A program made the translations under genes and the position numbers. From Eledone cirrhosa (Eukaryota), in assembly GCA_964016885.1 (NCBI GenBank), contig OZ024740.1, positions 6,820,001 through 6,884,000 on the forward strand: 64,000 bases of DNA, read 5' to 3'. The notes below the pieces were generated by a model that did no database searches, was not told the origin of the DNA, and worked only from the letters and a program-made list of their open reading frames with translations. Every line of letters begins with the position of its first letter. Position 1 is the stretch's first letter. This document shows positions 40,010-54,960 of the stretch, piece by piece.

Positions 40010-41450
40010 TCAGATCCTAAGACAGTGTTTGTGAGAGACATTACCCCAAAATACTGAGATTCTAAGGCTGTATTTTTGAGAGACATTACCCCAAAATACT
40101 CAGATCCTCAGGCTGTATTTGTGGGAGACATTACCCCAAAATACTCAGATCCTAAGGTAATGTTTGTGAGAGACATTATCCCAAAATACTCAGATCCTAA
40201 GGCTGTATTTGTGAGAGACATTACCCCAAAATACTCAGATCCTAAGGCAGTATTTGTGAGAGACATTACCCCAAAATACTCAGATCCTAAGGCTGTATTT
40301 GTGAGAGACATTACCCCAAAATACTGAGATCCTAAGGCAGTGTTTGTGAGAGACATTACGCCAAAATACTCAGATCCTAAGGCTGTATTTGTGAGCGATA
40401 TTACCCCAAAATAATCAGATCCTAAGGCTGTATTTGTGAGAGACAATACCCCAAAATACTCAGATCCTAAGGCTGTATTTGTGAGAGACAATACCCCAAA
40501 ATACTCAGATCCTAAGGCAGTATTTGTGAGAGACAATAACCCAAAATACTCAGATCCTAAGGCAGTATTTGGGAGAGACATTACCCCCAAAATACTCAGA
40601 TCCTAAGGCTGTATTTGTGAGAGACATTACCCCAAAATACTCAGATCCTAAGGCAGTGTTTGTGAGAGACATTACCCCAAAATACTCAGATCCTAAGGCA
40701 GTGTTTGTGAGAGACATTACGCCAAAATACTCAGATACTATGGCTGTGTTTGTGACAGACATTACCCCAATATACTCAGATCCTAAGACAGTGTTTGTGA
40801 GAGACATTACCCCAAAATACTGAGATTCTAAGGCTGTATTTTTGAGAGACATTACCCCAAAATACTCAGATCCTCAGGCTGTATTTGTGGGAGACATTAC
40901 CCCAAAATACTCAGATCCTAAGGTAATGTTTGTGAGAGACATTATCCCAAAATACTCAGATCCTAAGGCTGTATTTGTGAGAGACATTACCCCAAAATAC
41001 TCAGATCCTAAGGCAGTATTTGTGAGAGACATTACCCCAAAATACTCAGATCCTAAGGCTGTATTTGTGAGAGACATTACCCCAAAATACTGAGATCCTA
41101 AGGCAGTGTTTGTGAGAGACATTACGCCAAAATACTCAGATCCTAAGGCTGTATTTGTGAGCGATATTACCCCAAAATAATCAGATCCTAAGGCTGTATT
41201 TGTGAGAGACAATACCCCAAAATACTCAGATCCTAAGGCTGTATTTGTGAGAGACAATACCCCAAAATACTCAGATCCTAAGGCAGTATTTGTGAGAGAC
41301 AATAACCCAAAATACTCAGATCCTAAGGCAGTATTTGGGAGAGACATTACCCCCAAAATACTCAGATCCTAAGGCTGTATTTGTGAGAGACATTACCCCA
41401 AAATACTCAGATCCTAAGGCAGTGTTTGTGAGAGACATTACCCCAAAATA
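40010..41450. repeat. Tandem duplication, unit 766 bp (17 monomers + 1 bp)
   Basis: ORF pairs 40076/40842, 40108/40874 and 40569/41335 are offset by 766. Shared variants are AAGGTAATG and AAATAATCAG. Confidence 0.85.
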
Positions 41451-44400
41451 CTCAGATCCTAAGGCAGTGTTTGTGAGAGATATTACCCGAAAATACTCAG
41501 ATCCTAAGGCAGTGTTTGTAAGAGACATTACCCCCAAAATACTCAGATCCTAAGGCAGTGTTTGTGCGAGATATTACCCCAAAATACTCAGATCCTAAGG
41601 CTGTATTTGTGAGAGACATTACCCCAAAATACTCAGATCCTAAGGCAGTATTTGTGAGAGACATTACCCCAAAATACTCAGATTCTCAGGCTCTATTTGT
41701 GACAGACATTACCCCCAAAATACTCAAATCCTAAGGAAGAATTTGTGAGAGACATTACCCCGAAATACTCAGATCCTAAGGCAGTATTTGTGAGCGACAT
41801 TACCCCAAAATACTCAGATTCTAAGGCTGTATTTGTGAGAGACATTACTCCAAAATACTCAGATCCTAAGGCAGTATTTGTGAGAGACATTACCCCAAAA
41901 TACTGAGATCCTAAGGCAGTATTTGTGAGAGACATTACCCTAAAATACTGAGATCCTAAGGCTGTATTTGTGAGAGACATTACCCCAAAATACTGAGACC
42001 CTAAGGCAGTATTTGTGAGATACATTACCCCAAAATACTCAGATCCTAAGGCAGTATTTGTGAGAGACATTACCCCAAAATACTGAGATCCTAAGGCAGT
42101 ATTTGTGAGATACATTACCCCAAAATACTCAGATCCTAAGGCAGTATTTGTGAGAGACATTACCCCAAAATACTGAGATCCTAAGGCAGTATTTGTGAGA
42201 GACATTACTCCAAAATACTCAGATCCTAAGGCTGTAATTGTGAGAGACATGACCCCAAAATACTGAGATCCTAAGGCTGTATTTGTGAGAGACATTACCC
42301 CAAAATACGCAGATCCTAAGGCAGTATTTGTGAGAAACATTACACCAAAATACTCAGATCCTAAGGCTGTATTTGTGAGAGACATTACCCCAAAATACTC
42401 AGATCCTAAGGCAGTATTTGTGAGAGACATTACCCCAAAATACTCAGATCCTAAGACAGTATTTGTGAGAGACATTACCCCAAAATACTCAGATCCTAAG
42501 GCAGTGTTTGTGAGAGACATTACATCAAAATACTCAGATCCTAAGGCTGTATTTGTGAGAGACATTACCCCAAAATACTGAGATCCTAAGGCTGTATTTA
42601 TGAGAGACATTACCCCAAAATACTCAGATCCTAAGGCTGTATTTGTGAGAGACATTACACCAAAATACTCAGATCCTAAGGCTGTATTTATGAGAGACAT
42701 TACCCCAAAATACTCAGATTCTAAGGCAGTGTTTGTGAGAGACATTACCCCAAAATACTGAGATCCTAAGGCTGTATTTGTGAGAGACATTACCCCAAAA
42801 TACTCAGATCCAAAGGCAGTATTTGTGAGAGACATTAGCCCAAAATACTCAGATCCTAAGGCTGTGTTTGTGAGAGACATTACCCCAAAATACTGAGATC
42901 CTTAGACTGTATTTGTGAGAGACATTACCCCAAAATACTCAGATACTAAGGCAGTGTTTGTGAGAGACATTACCCCAAAATACTGAGATCCTAAGGCTGT
43001 ATTTGTGAGAGACATTACCCCCCAAAATACTGAGATCCTAAGGCTGTATTTGTGAGAGACATTACCCCAAAATACTGAGATCCTAAGGCAGTATTTGTGA
43101 GAGACATTACCCCAAAATACTCAGATCCTAAGGCAGTATTTGTGAGAGACATTACCCCAAAATACTGAGATCCTAAGGCAGTATTTGTGAGAGACGTTAC
43201 CCCAAAATACTGAGATCCTAAGGCTGTATTTGTGAGAGACATTACCCCAAAATACTGAGATCCTAAGGCAGTATTTGTGAGAGACATTACCCCAAAATAC
43301 TCAGATCCTAAGGCAGTATTTGTGAGAGACATTACCCCAAAATACTGAGATCCTAAGGCAGTATTTGTGAGAGACATTACCCCAAAATACTGAGATCCTA
43401 AGGCTGTATTTGTGAGAGACATTACCCCAAAATACTCAGATCCTAAGACAGTATTTGTGAGAGACATTACCCCAAAACACTCAGATCCTAAGGCAGTGTT
43501 TGTGAGAGACATTACATCAAAATACTCAGATCCTAAGGCTGTATTTGTGAGAGACATTACCCCCAAATACTGAGATCCTAAGGCTGTATTTATGAGAGAC
43601 ATTACCCCAAAATACTCAGATCCTAAGGCTGTATTTGTGAGAGACATTACACCAAAATACTCAGATCCTAAGGCTGTATTTATGAGAGACATTACCCCAA
43701 AATACTCAGATTCTAAGGCAGTGTTTGTGAGAGACATTACCCCAGAATACTGAGATCCTAAGGCTGTATTTGTGAGAGACATTACCCCAAAATACTCAGA
43801 TCCAAAGGGAGTATTTGTGAGAGACATTAGCCCAAAATACTCAGATCCTAAGGCTGTGTTTGTGAGAGACATTACCCCAAAATACTCAGATCCTAAGGCA
43901 GTATTTATGAGAGACATTACGCCAAAATACTGAGATCCTAAGACTGTATTTGTGAGAGACATTACCCCAAAATACTCAGATCCTAAGGCAGTGTTTGTGA
44001 GAGACATTACCCCAAAATACTGAGATCCTAAGGCTGTATTTGTGAGAGACATTACCCCCCAAAATACTGAGATCCTAAGGCTGTATTTGTGAGAGACATT
44101 ACCACAAAATACTCAGATCCTAAGGCAGTATTTGTGAGAGACATTACCCCAAAATACTGAGATCCTAAGGCAGTATTTGTGAGAGACATTACCCCAAAAT
44201 ACTGAGATCCTAAGGCTGTATTTGTGAGAGACATTACGCCAAAATACTGAGATCCTAAGGCAGTATTTGTGAGAGACATTACCCCAAAATAGTCAGATCC
44301 TAAGGCAGTATTTGTGAGAGACATTACCCCAAAATACTCAGATCCTAAGGCAGTATTTGTGAGAGACATTACCCCAAAATACTGAGATCCTAAGGCTGTA

Positions 44401-47400
44401 TTTGTGAGAGACATTACCCCAGAATACTCAGATCCTAAGGCAGTAATTGTGAGAGACATTACACCAAAATACTCAGATCCTAAGGCTGTATTTGTGAGAG
44501 ACGTTACCCCAAAATACTCAGATCCTAAGGCAGTATTTGTGAGAGACATTACCCCAAAATACTAAGATCCTAAGGCAGTATTTGTGAGAGACATTACCCC
44601 AAAATACTCAGATCCTAAGGCAGTATTTGTGAGAGACATTACGCCAAAATACTGAGATCCTAAGGCAGTATTTGTGAGAGACATTACCCCAAAATACTCA
44701 GATCCAAAGGCAGTATTTGTGAGAGACATTACCCCAAAATACTGAGATCCTAAGGCAGTATTTGTGAGAGACATTACCCCAAAATACTGAGATCCTAAGG
44801 CAGTGTTTGTGAGAGACATTACCCCCAACATACTCAGATCCTAAGGCTGTATTTGTGAGAGACATTACCCCAAAATACTCAGATCCTAAGGCTGTATTTG
44901 TGAGAGACATTACCCCAAAATACTCAGATCCTAAGGCAGTGTTTGTGAGAGATATTACCCCAAAATACTCAGATCCTAAGGTAATGTTTGTGAGAGACAT
45001 TATCCCAAAATACTCAGATCCTAAGGCTGTATTTGTGAGAGACATTACCCCAAAATACTCAGATCCTAAGGCAGTATTTGTGAGAGACATTACCCCAAAA
45101 TACTCAGATCCTAAGGCTGTATTTGTGAGAGACATTACCCCAAAATACTGAGATCCTAAGGCAGTGTTTGTGAGAGACATTACGCCAAAATACTCAGATC
45201 CTAAGGCTGTATTTGTGAGCGATATTACCCCAAAATAATCAGATCCTAAGGCTGTATTTGTGAGAGACAATACCCCAAAATACTCAGATCCTAAGGCTGT
45301 ATTTGTGAGAGACAATACCCCAAAATACTCAGATCCTAAGGCAGTATTTGTGAGAGACAATAACCCAAAATACTCAGATCCTAAGGCAGTATTTGGGAGA
45401 GACATTACCCCCAAAATACTCAGATCCTAAGGCTGTATTTGTGAGAGACATTACCCCAAAATACTCAGATCCTAAGGCAGTGTTTGTGAGAGACATTACC
45501 CCAAAATACTCAGATCCTAAGGCAGTGTTTGTGAGAGATATTACCCGAAAATACTCAGATCCTAAGGCAGTGTTTGTAAGAGACATTACCCCCAAAATAC
45601 TCAGATCCTAAGGCAGTGTTTGTGCGAGATATTACCCCAAAATACTCAGATCCTAAGGCTGTATTTGTGAGAGACATTACCCCAAAATACTCAGATCCTA
45701 AGGCAGTATTTGTGAGAGACATTACCCCAAAATACTCAGATTCTCAGGCTCTATTTGTGACAGACATTACCCCCAAAATACTCAAATCCTAAGGAAGAAT
45801 TTGTGAGAGACATTACCCCGAAATACTCAGATCCTAAGGCAGTATTTGTGAGCGACATTACCCCAAAATACTCAGATTCTAAGGCTGTATTTGTGAGAGA
45901 CATTACTCCAAAATACTCAGATCCTAAGGCAGTATTTGTGAGAGACATTACCCCAAAATACTGAGATCCTAAGGCAGTATTTGTGAGAGACATTACCCCA
46001 AAATACTGAGATCCTAAGGCTGTATTTGTGAGAGACATTACCCCAAAATACTGAGACCCTAAGGCAGTATTTGTGAGATACATTACCCCAAAATACTCAG
46101 ATCCTAAGGCAGTATTTGTGAGAGACATTACCCCAAAATACTGAGATCCTAAGGCAGTATTTGTGAGATACATTACCCCAAAATACTCAGATCCTAAGGC
46201 AGTATTTGTGAGAGACATTACCCCAAAATACTGAGATCCTAAGGCAGTATTTGTGAGAGACATTACTCCAAAATACTCAGATCCTAAGGCTGTAATTGTG
46301 AGAGACATGACCCCAAAATACTGAGATCCTAAGGCTGTATTTGTGAGAGACATTACCCCAAAATACGCAGATCCTAAGGCAGTATTTGTGAGAAACATTA
46401 CACCAAAATACTCAGATCCTAAGGCTGTATTTGTGAGAGACATTACCCCAAAATACTCAGATCCTAAGGCAGTATTTGTGAGAGACATTACCCCAAAATA
46501 CTCAGATCCTAAGACAGTATTTGTGAGAGACATTACCCCAAAATACTCAGATCCTAAGGCAGTGTTTGTGAGAGACATTACATCAAAATACTCAGATCCT
46601 AAGGCTGTATTTGTGAGAGACATTACCCCAAAATACTGAGATCCTAAGGCTGTATTTATGAGAGACATTACCCCAAAATACTCAGATCCTAAGGCTGTAT
46701 TTGTGAGAGACATTACACCAAAATACTCAGATCCTAAGGCTGTATTTATGAGAGACATTACCCCAAAATACTCAGATTCTAAGGCAGTGTTTGTGAGAGA
46801 CATTACCCCAAAATACTGAGATCCTAAGGCTGTATTTGTGAGAGACATTACCCCAAAATACTCAGATCCAAAGGCAGTATTTGTGAGAGACATTAGCCCA
46901 AAATACTCAGATCCTAAGGCTGTGTTTGTGAGAGACATTACCCCAAAATACTGAGATCCTTAGACTGTATTTGTGAGAGACATTACCCCAAAATACTCAG
47001 ATACTAAGGCAGTGTTTGTGAGAGACATTACCCCAAAATACTGAGATCCTAAGGCTGTATTTGTGAGAGACATTACCCCCCAAAATACTGAGATCCTAAG
47101 GCTGTATTTGTGAGAGACATTACCACAAAATACTGAGATCCTAAGGCAGTATTTGTGAGAGACATTACCCCAAAATACTGAGATCCTAAGGCTGTATTTG
47201 TGAGAGACATTACCCCAAAATACTGAGATCCTAAGGCAGTATTTGTGAGAGACATTACCCCAAAATACTCAGATCCTAAGGCAGTATTTGTGAGAGACAT
47301 TACCCCAAAATACTGAGATCCTAAGGCAGTATTTGTGAGAGACATTACCCCAAAATACTGAGATCCTAAGGCTGTATTTGTGAGAGACATTACCCCAAAA

Positions 47401-49120
47401 TACTGAGATCCTAAGGCAGTATTTGTGAGAGACATTACCCCAAAATACTCAGATCCTAAGGCAGTATTTGTGAGAGACATTACCCCAAAATACTGAGATC
47501 CTAAGGCAGTATTTGTGAGAGACATTACCCCAAAATACTGAGATCCTAAGGCTGTATTTGTGAGAGACATTACCCCAAAATACTCAGATCCTAAGACAGT
47601 ATTTGTGAGAGACATTACCCCAAAACACTCAGATCCTAAGGCAGTGTTTGTGAGAGACATTACATCAAAATACTCAGATCCTAAGGCTGTATTTGTGAGA
47701 GACATTACCCCCAAATACTGAGATCCTAAGGCTGTATTTATGAGAGACATTACCCCAAAATACTCAGATCCTAAGGCTGTATTTGTGAGAGACATTACAC
47801 CAAAATACTCAGATCCTAAGGCTGTATTTATGAGAGACATTACCCCAAAATACTCAGATTCTAAGGCAGTGTTTGTGAGAGACATTACCCCAGAATACTG
47901 AGATCCTAAGGCTGTATTTGTGAGAGACATTACCCCAAAATACTCAGATCCAAAGGGAGTATTTGTGAGAGACATTAGCCCAAAATACTCAGATCCTAAG
48001 GCTGTGTTTGTGAGAGACATTACCCCAAAATACTCAGATCCTAAGGCAGTATTTATGAGAGACATTACGCCAAAATACTGAGATCCTAAGACTGTATTTG
48101 TGAGAGACATTACCCCAAAATACTCAGATCCTAAGGCAGTGTTTGTGAGAGACATTACCCCAAAATACTGAGATCCTAAGGCTGTATTTGTGAGAGACAT
48201 TACCCCCCAAAATACTGAGATCCTAAGGCTGTATTTGTGAGAGACATTACCACAAAATACTCAGATCCTAAGGCAGTATTTGTGAGAGACATTACCCCAA
48301 AATACTGAGATCCTAAGGCAGTATTTGTGAGAGACATTACCCCAAAATACTGAGATCCTAAGGCTGTATTTGTGAGAGACATTACGCCAAAATACTGAGA
48401 TCCTAAGGCAGTATTTGTGAGAGACATTACCCCAAAATAGTCTGATCCTAAGGCAGTATTTGTGAGAGACATTACCCCAAAATACTCAGATCCTAAGGCA
48501 GTATTTGTGAGAGACATTACCCCAAAATACTGAGATCCTAAGGCTGTATTTGTGAGAGACATTACCCCAGAATACTCAGATCCTAAGGCAGTAATTGTGA
48601 GAGACATTACACCAAAATACTCAGATCCTAAGGCTGTATTTGTGAGAGACGTTACCCCAAAATACTCAGATCCTAAGGCAGTATTTGTGAGAGACATTAC
48701 CCCAAAATACTAAGATCCTAAGGCAGTATTTGTGAGAGACATTACCCCAAAATACTCAGATCCTAAGGCAGTATTTGTGAGAGACATTACGCCAAAATAC
48801 TGAGATCCTAAGGCAGTATTTGTGAGAGACATTACCCCAAAATACTCAGATCCAAAGGCAGTATTTGTGAGAGACATTACCCCAAAATACTGAGATCCTA
48901 AGGCAGTATTTGTGAGAGACATTACCCCAAAATACTGAGATCCTAAGGCAGTGTTTGTGAGAGACATTACCCCCAACATACTCAGATCCTAAGGCTGTAT
49001 TTGTGAGAGACATTACCCCAAAATACTCAGATCCTAAGGCTGTATTTGTGAGAGACATTACCCCAAAATACTCAGATCCTAAGGCAGTGTTTGTGAGAGA
49101 TATTACCCCAAAATACTCAG
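40910..49120. repeat. Tandem block duplication, unit 4058-4148 bp (90-92 monomers)
   Basis: ORF pairs are offset by 4058 (41316/45374, 41693/45751, 42285/46343, 43015/47073) and 4148 (44052/48200, 44562/48710, 44855/49003). Shared rare variants include CCTTAGACT, AAAACACTC and CCAAAGGGA. Confidence 0.9.
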
Positions 49121-52100
49121 ATTCTAAGGCTGTGTTTGTGAGAGACATTACCCCAAAATACTCAGATCCCAAGGCAGTGTTTGTGAGAGACATTACCCCA
49201 AAATACTCAGATCCTCAGGCTGTGTTTGTGAGAGATATTACCCCAAAATACTCAGATCCTAAGGCAGTGTTTGTGAGAGACATTACACCAAAATACTCAG
49301 ATCCTAAGGCAGTGTTTGTGACAGACATTACCCCAAAATACACAGATTCTAAGGCAGTATTTGTGAGCGACATTACCCCAAAATATTCAGATCCTAAGGC
49401 AGTGTTTGTGAGGGACATTACCCCAAAATACTCAGATCCTAAGGCAGTATTTGTGAGAGACATTACCCCAAAATACTCAGATCCTAAGGCAGTATTTGTG
49501 AGAGACATTACTCCAAAATACTGAGATCCTAAGGCAGTATTTGTGAGAGACATTACCCCAAAATACTGAGATCCTAAGGCAGTATTTGTGAGAGACATTA
49601 CCCCAAAATACTGAGATCCTAAGGCAGTATTTGTGAGAGACATTACCCCAAAATACTCAGATCCTAAGGCAGTATTTGTGAGAGACATTACCCCAAAATA
49701 CTCAGATCCTAAGGTAGTGTTTGTGAGAGACAATACCCCAAAATACTCAGATCCTAAGGCAGTATTTGTGAGAGACATTACCCCAAAATACTGAGATCCT
49801 AAGGCAGTATTTGTGAGAGACATTACCCCAAAATACTCAGATCCTAAGCCAGTATTTGTGAGAGACATTACCCCAAAATACTCAGATCCTAAGGCTGTAT
49901 TTGTGAGAGACATTACCCCAAAATACTGAGATCCTAAGGCTGTATTTGTGAGAGACATTACCCCAGAATACTCAGATCCTAAGGCAGTAATTGTGAGAGA
50001 CATTACACCAAAATACTCAGATCCTAAGGCTGTATTTGTGAGAGACATTACCCCAAAATACACAGATCCTAAGGCAGTATTTGTGAGAGACATTACCCCA
50101 AAATACTAAGATCCTAAGGCAGTATTTGTGAGAGACATTACCCCAAAATACTCAGATCCTAAGGCTGTATTTGTGAGAGACATTACCCCAAAATACTCAG
50201 ATCCTAAGGCAGTATTTGTGAGAGACATCACCCCAAAATACTCAGACCCTAAGGCAGTATTTGTGAGAGACATTACCCTAAAATACTGAGATCCTAAGGC
50301 TGTATTTGTGAGAGACAATAACCAAAAATACTCAGATCCTAAGGCAGTATTTGTGAGAGACATTACCCCAAAATACTCAGATCCTAAGGCAGTGTTTGTG
50401 AGAGACATTACGCCAAAATACTCAGATCCTAAGGCTGTGTTTGTGACAGACATTACCCCAAAATACTGAGATCCTAAGACAGTGTTTGTGAGAGACATTA
50501 CCCCAAAATACTCACATCCTAAGGCTGTATTTGTGAGAGACATTACCCCAAAATACTGAGATTCTAAGGCTGTATTTTTGAGAGACATTACCCCAAAATA
50601 CTCAGATCCTCAGGCTGTATTTTTGGGAGACATTACCCCAAAATACTCAGATCCTAAGGTAGTATTTGTGAGAGACATTATCCCAAAATACTCAGATCCT
50701 AAGGCTGTATTTGTGAGAGACATTACCCCAAAATACTCAGATCCTAAGGCAGTATTTGTGAGAGACATTACCCCAAAATACTCAGATCCTAAGGCTGTAT
50801 TTGTGAGAGACATTACCCCAAAATACTGAGATCCTAAGGCAGTGTTTGTGAGAGACATTAGCCCAAAATACTCAGATCCTAAGGCTGTGTTTGTGAGAGA
50901 CATTACCCCAAAATACTGAGATCCTTAGACTGTATTTGTGAGAGACATTACCCCAAAATACTCAGATACTAAGGCAGTGTTTGTGAGAGACATTACCCCA
51001 AAATACTGAGATCCTAAGGCTGTATTTGTGAGAGACATTACCCCCCAAAATACTGAGATCCTAAGGCTGTATTTGTGAGAGACATTACCACAAAATACTG
51101 AGATCCTAAGGCAGTATTTGTGAGAGACATTACGCCAAAATACTGAGATCCTAAGGCAGTATTTGTGAGAGACATTACCCCAAAATACTCAGATCCTAAG
51201 GCAGTATTTGTGAGAGACATTACCCCAAAATACTGAGATCCTAAGGCAGTATTTGTGAGAGACATTACCCCAAAATACTGAGATCCTAAGGCTGTATTTG
51301 TGAGAGACATTACCCCAAAATACTCAGATCCTAAGACAGTATTTGTGAGAGACATTACCCCAAAACACTCAGATCCTAAGGCAGTGTTTGTGAGAGACAT
51401 TACATCAAAATACTCAGATCCTAAGGCTGTATTTGTGAGAGACATTACCCCCAAATACTGAGATCCTAAGGCTGTATTTATGAGAGACATTACCCCAAAA
51501 TACTCAGATCCTAAGGCTGTATTTGTGAGAGACATTACACCAAAATACTCAGATCCTAAGGCTGTATTTATGAGAGACATTACCCCAAAATACTCAGATT
51601 CTAAGGCAGTGTTTGTGAGAGACATTACCCCAGAATACTGAGATCCTAAGGCTGTATTTGTGAGAGACATTACCCCAAAATACTCAGATCCAAAGGCAGT
51701 ATTTGTGAGAGACATTAGCCCAAAATACTCAGATCCTAAGGCTGTGTTTGTGAGAGACATTACCCCAAAATACTCAGATCCTAAGGCAGTATTTATGAGA
51801 GACATTACCCCAAAATACTGAGATCCTAAGACTGTATTTGTGAGAGACATTACCCCAAAATACTCAGATCCTAAGGCAGTGTTTGTGAGAGACATTACCC
51901 CAAAATACTGAGATCCTAAGGCTGTATTTGTGAGAGACATTACCCCCCAAAATACTGAGATCCTAAGGCTGTATTTGTGAGAGACATTACCACAAAATAC
52001 GCAGATCCTAAGGCAGTATTTGTGAGAGACATTACCCCAAAATACTGAGATCCTAAGGCTGTATTTGTGAGAGACATTACCCCAAAATACTGAGATCCTA

Positions 52101-54960
52101 AGGCTGTATTTGTGAGAGACATTACGCCAAAATACTGAGATCCTAAGGCAGTATTTGTGAGAGACATTACCCCAAAATAGTCAGATCCTAAGGCAGTATT
52201 TGTGAGAGACATTACCCCAAAATACTGAGATCCTAAGGCAGTATTTGTGAGAGACATTACCCCAAAATACTGAGATCCTAAGGCTGTATTTGTGAGAGAC
52301 ATTACCCCAGAATACTCAGATCCTAAGGCAGTAATTGTGAGAGACATTACACCAAAATACTCAGATCCTAAGGCTGTATTTGTGAGAGACGTTACCCCAA
52401 AATACTCAGATCCTAAGGCAGTATTTGTGAGAGACATTACCCCAAAATACTCAGATCCTAAGGCTGTATTTGTGAGAGACATTACCCCAAAATACTGAGA
52501 TCCTAAGGCAGTATTTGTGAGAGACATTACCCCAAAATACTGAGATCCTAAGGCTGTATTTGTGAGAGACATTACCCCAGAATACTCAGATCCTAAGGCA
52601 GTAATTGTGAGAGACATTACACCAAAATACTCAGATCCTGAGGCTGTATTTGTGAGAGACATTACCCCAAAATACTCAGATCCTAAGGCAGTATTTGTGA
52701 GAGACATTACCCCAAAATACTAAGATCCTAAGGCAGTATTTGTGAGAGACATTACCCCAAAATACTCAGATCCTAAGGCAGTATTTGTGAGAGACATTAC
52801 GCCAAAATACTGAGATCCTAAGGCAGTATTTGTGAGAGACATTACCCCAAAATACTCAGACCCTAAGGCAGTATTTGTGAGAGACATTACCCCCAAAATA
52901 CTGAGATCCTAAGGCAGTATTTGTGAGAGACATTACGCCAAAATACTGAGATCCTAAGGCAGTATTTGTGAGAGACATTACCCCAAAATACTCAGACCCT
53001 AAGGCAGTATTTGTGAGAGACATTACCCCAAAATACTGAGATCCTAAGGCAGTGTTTGTGAGAGACATTACCCCCAACATACTCAGATCCTAAGGCTGTA
53101 TTTGTGAGAGACATTACCCCAAAATACTCAGATCCTAAGGCTGTATTTGTGAGAGACATTACCCCAAAATACTCAGATCCTAAGGCAGTGTTTGTGAGAG
53201 ATATTACCCCAAAATACTCAGATTCTAAGGCTGTGTTTGTGAGAGACATTACCCCAAAATACTCAGATCCCAAGGCAGTGTTTGTGAGAGACATTACCCC
53301 AAAATACTCAGATCCTCAGGCTGTGTTTGTGAGAGATATTACCCCAAAATACTCAGATCCTAAGGCAGTGTTTGTGAGAGACATTACACCAAAATACTCA
53401 GATCCTAAGGCAGTGTTTGTGAGAGATATTACCCCAAAATACTCAGATTCTAAGGCAGTGTTTGTGAGAGATATTACCCCAAAATACTCAGATCCTAAGG
53501 CAGTATTTGTGAGAGACATTACCCCAAAATACTCAGATCCAAAGGCAGTATTTGTGAGAGACATTACCCCAAAATACTCAGATCCTAAGGCAGTATTTGT
53601 GAGAGACATTACGCCAAAATACTGAGATCCTAAGGCAGTATTTGTGAGAGACATTACCCCAAAATACTCAGATCCTAAGGCTGTATTTGTGAGAGACATT
53701 ACCCCAAAATACTCAGATCCAAAGGCAGTATTTGTGAGAGACATTACCCCAAAATACTGAGATCCTAAGGCTGTATTTGTGAGAGACATTACGCCAAAAT
53801 ACTGAGATCCTAAGGCAGTATTTGTGAGAGACATTACCCCAAAATACTCAGATCCTAAGGCAGTATTTGTGAGAGACATTACCCCAAAATACTGAGATCC
53901 TAAGGCAGTATTTGTGAGAGACATTACCCCAAAATACTCAGATCCTAAGCCAGTATTTGTGAGAGACATTACCCCAAAATACTCAGATCCTAAGGCTGTA
54001 TTTGTGAGAGACATTACCCCAAAATACTGAGATCCTAAGGCTGTATTTGTGAGAGACATTACCCCAGAATACTCAGATCCTAAGGCAGTAATTGTGAGAG
54101 ACATTACACCAAAATACTCAGATCCTAAGGCTGTATTTGTGAGAGACATTACCCCAAAATACTCAGATCCTAAGGCAGTATTTGTGAGAGACATTACCCC
54201 AAAATACTAAGATCCTAAGGCAGTATTTGTGAGAGACATTACCCCAAAATACTCAGATCCTAAGGCTGTATTTGTGAGAGACATTACCCCAAAATACTCA
54301 GATCCTAAGGCAGTATTTGTGAGAGACATCACCCCAAAATACTCAGACCCTAAGGCAGTATTTGTGAGAGACATTACCCCAAAATACTGAGATCCTAAGG
54401 CTGTATTTGTGAGAGACAATAACCAAAAATACTCAGATCCTAAGGCAGTATTTGTGAGAGACATTACCCCAAAATACTCAGATCCTAAGGCAGTGTTTGT
54501 GAGAGACATTACGCCAAAATACTCAGATCCTAAGGCTGTGTTTGTGACAGACATTACCCCAAAATACTGAGATCCTAAGACAGTGTTTGTGAGAGACATT
54601 ACCCCAAAATACTCAGATCCTAAGGCTGTATTTGTGAGAGACATTACCCCAAAATACTGAGATTCTAAGGTTGTATTTTTGAGAGACATTACCCCAAAAT
54701 ACTCAGATCCTCAGGCTGTATTTTTGGGAGACATTACCCCAAAATACTCAGATCCTAAGGTAGTATTTGTGAGAGACATTATCCCAAAATACTCAGATCC
54801 TAAGGCTGTATTTGTGAGAGACATTACCCCAAAATACTCAGATCCTAAGGCAGTATTTGTGAGAGACATTACCCCAAAATACTCAGATCCTAAGGCTGTA
54901 TTTGTGAGAGACATTACCCCAAAATACTGAGATCCTAAGGCAGTGTTTGTGAGAGACATT
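46880..54960. repeat. Further block duplication, unit about 3.7-4.1 kb (about 46.9-50.9 kb vs 50.9-55 kb)
   Basis: ORF pairs 47073/51038 (offset 3965), 48200/51940 (3740), and 49003/53104, 49215/53316, 50106/54207, 50578/54679 (all 4101). Shared variants are CCTAAGCCA, ACATCACCCC, TTTTTGGGAG and GATCCCAAGG. Confidence 0.82.
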
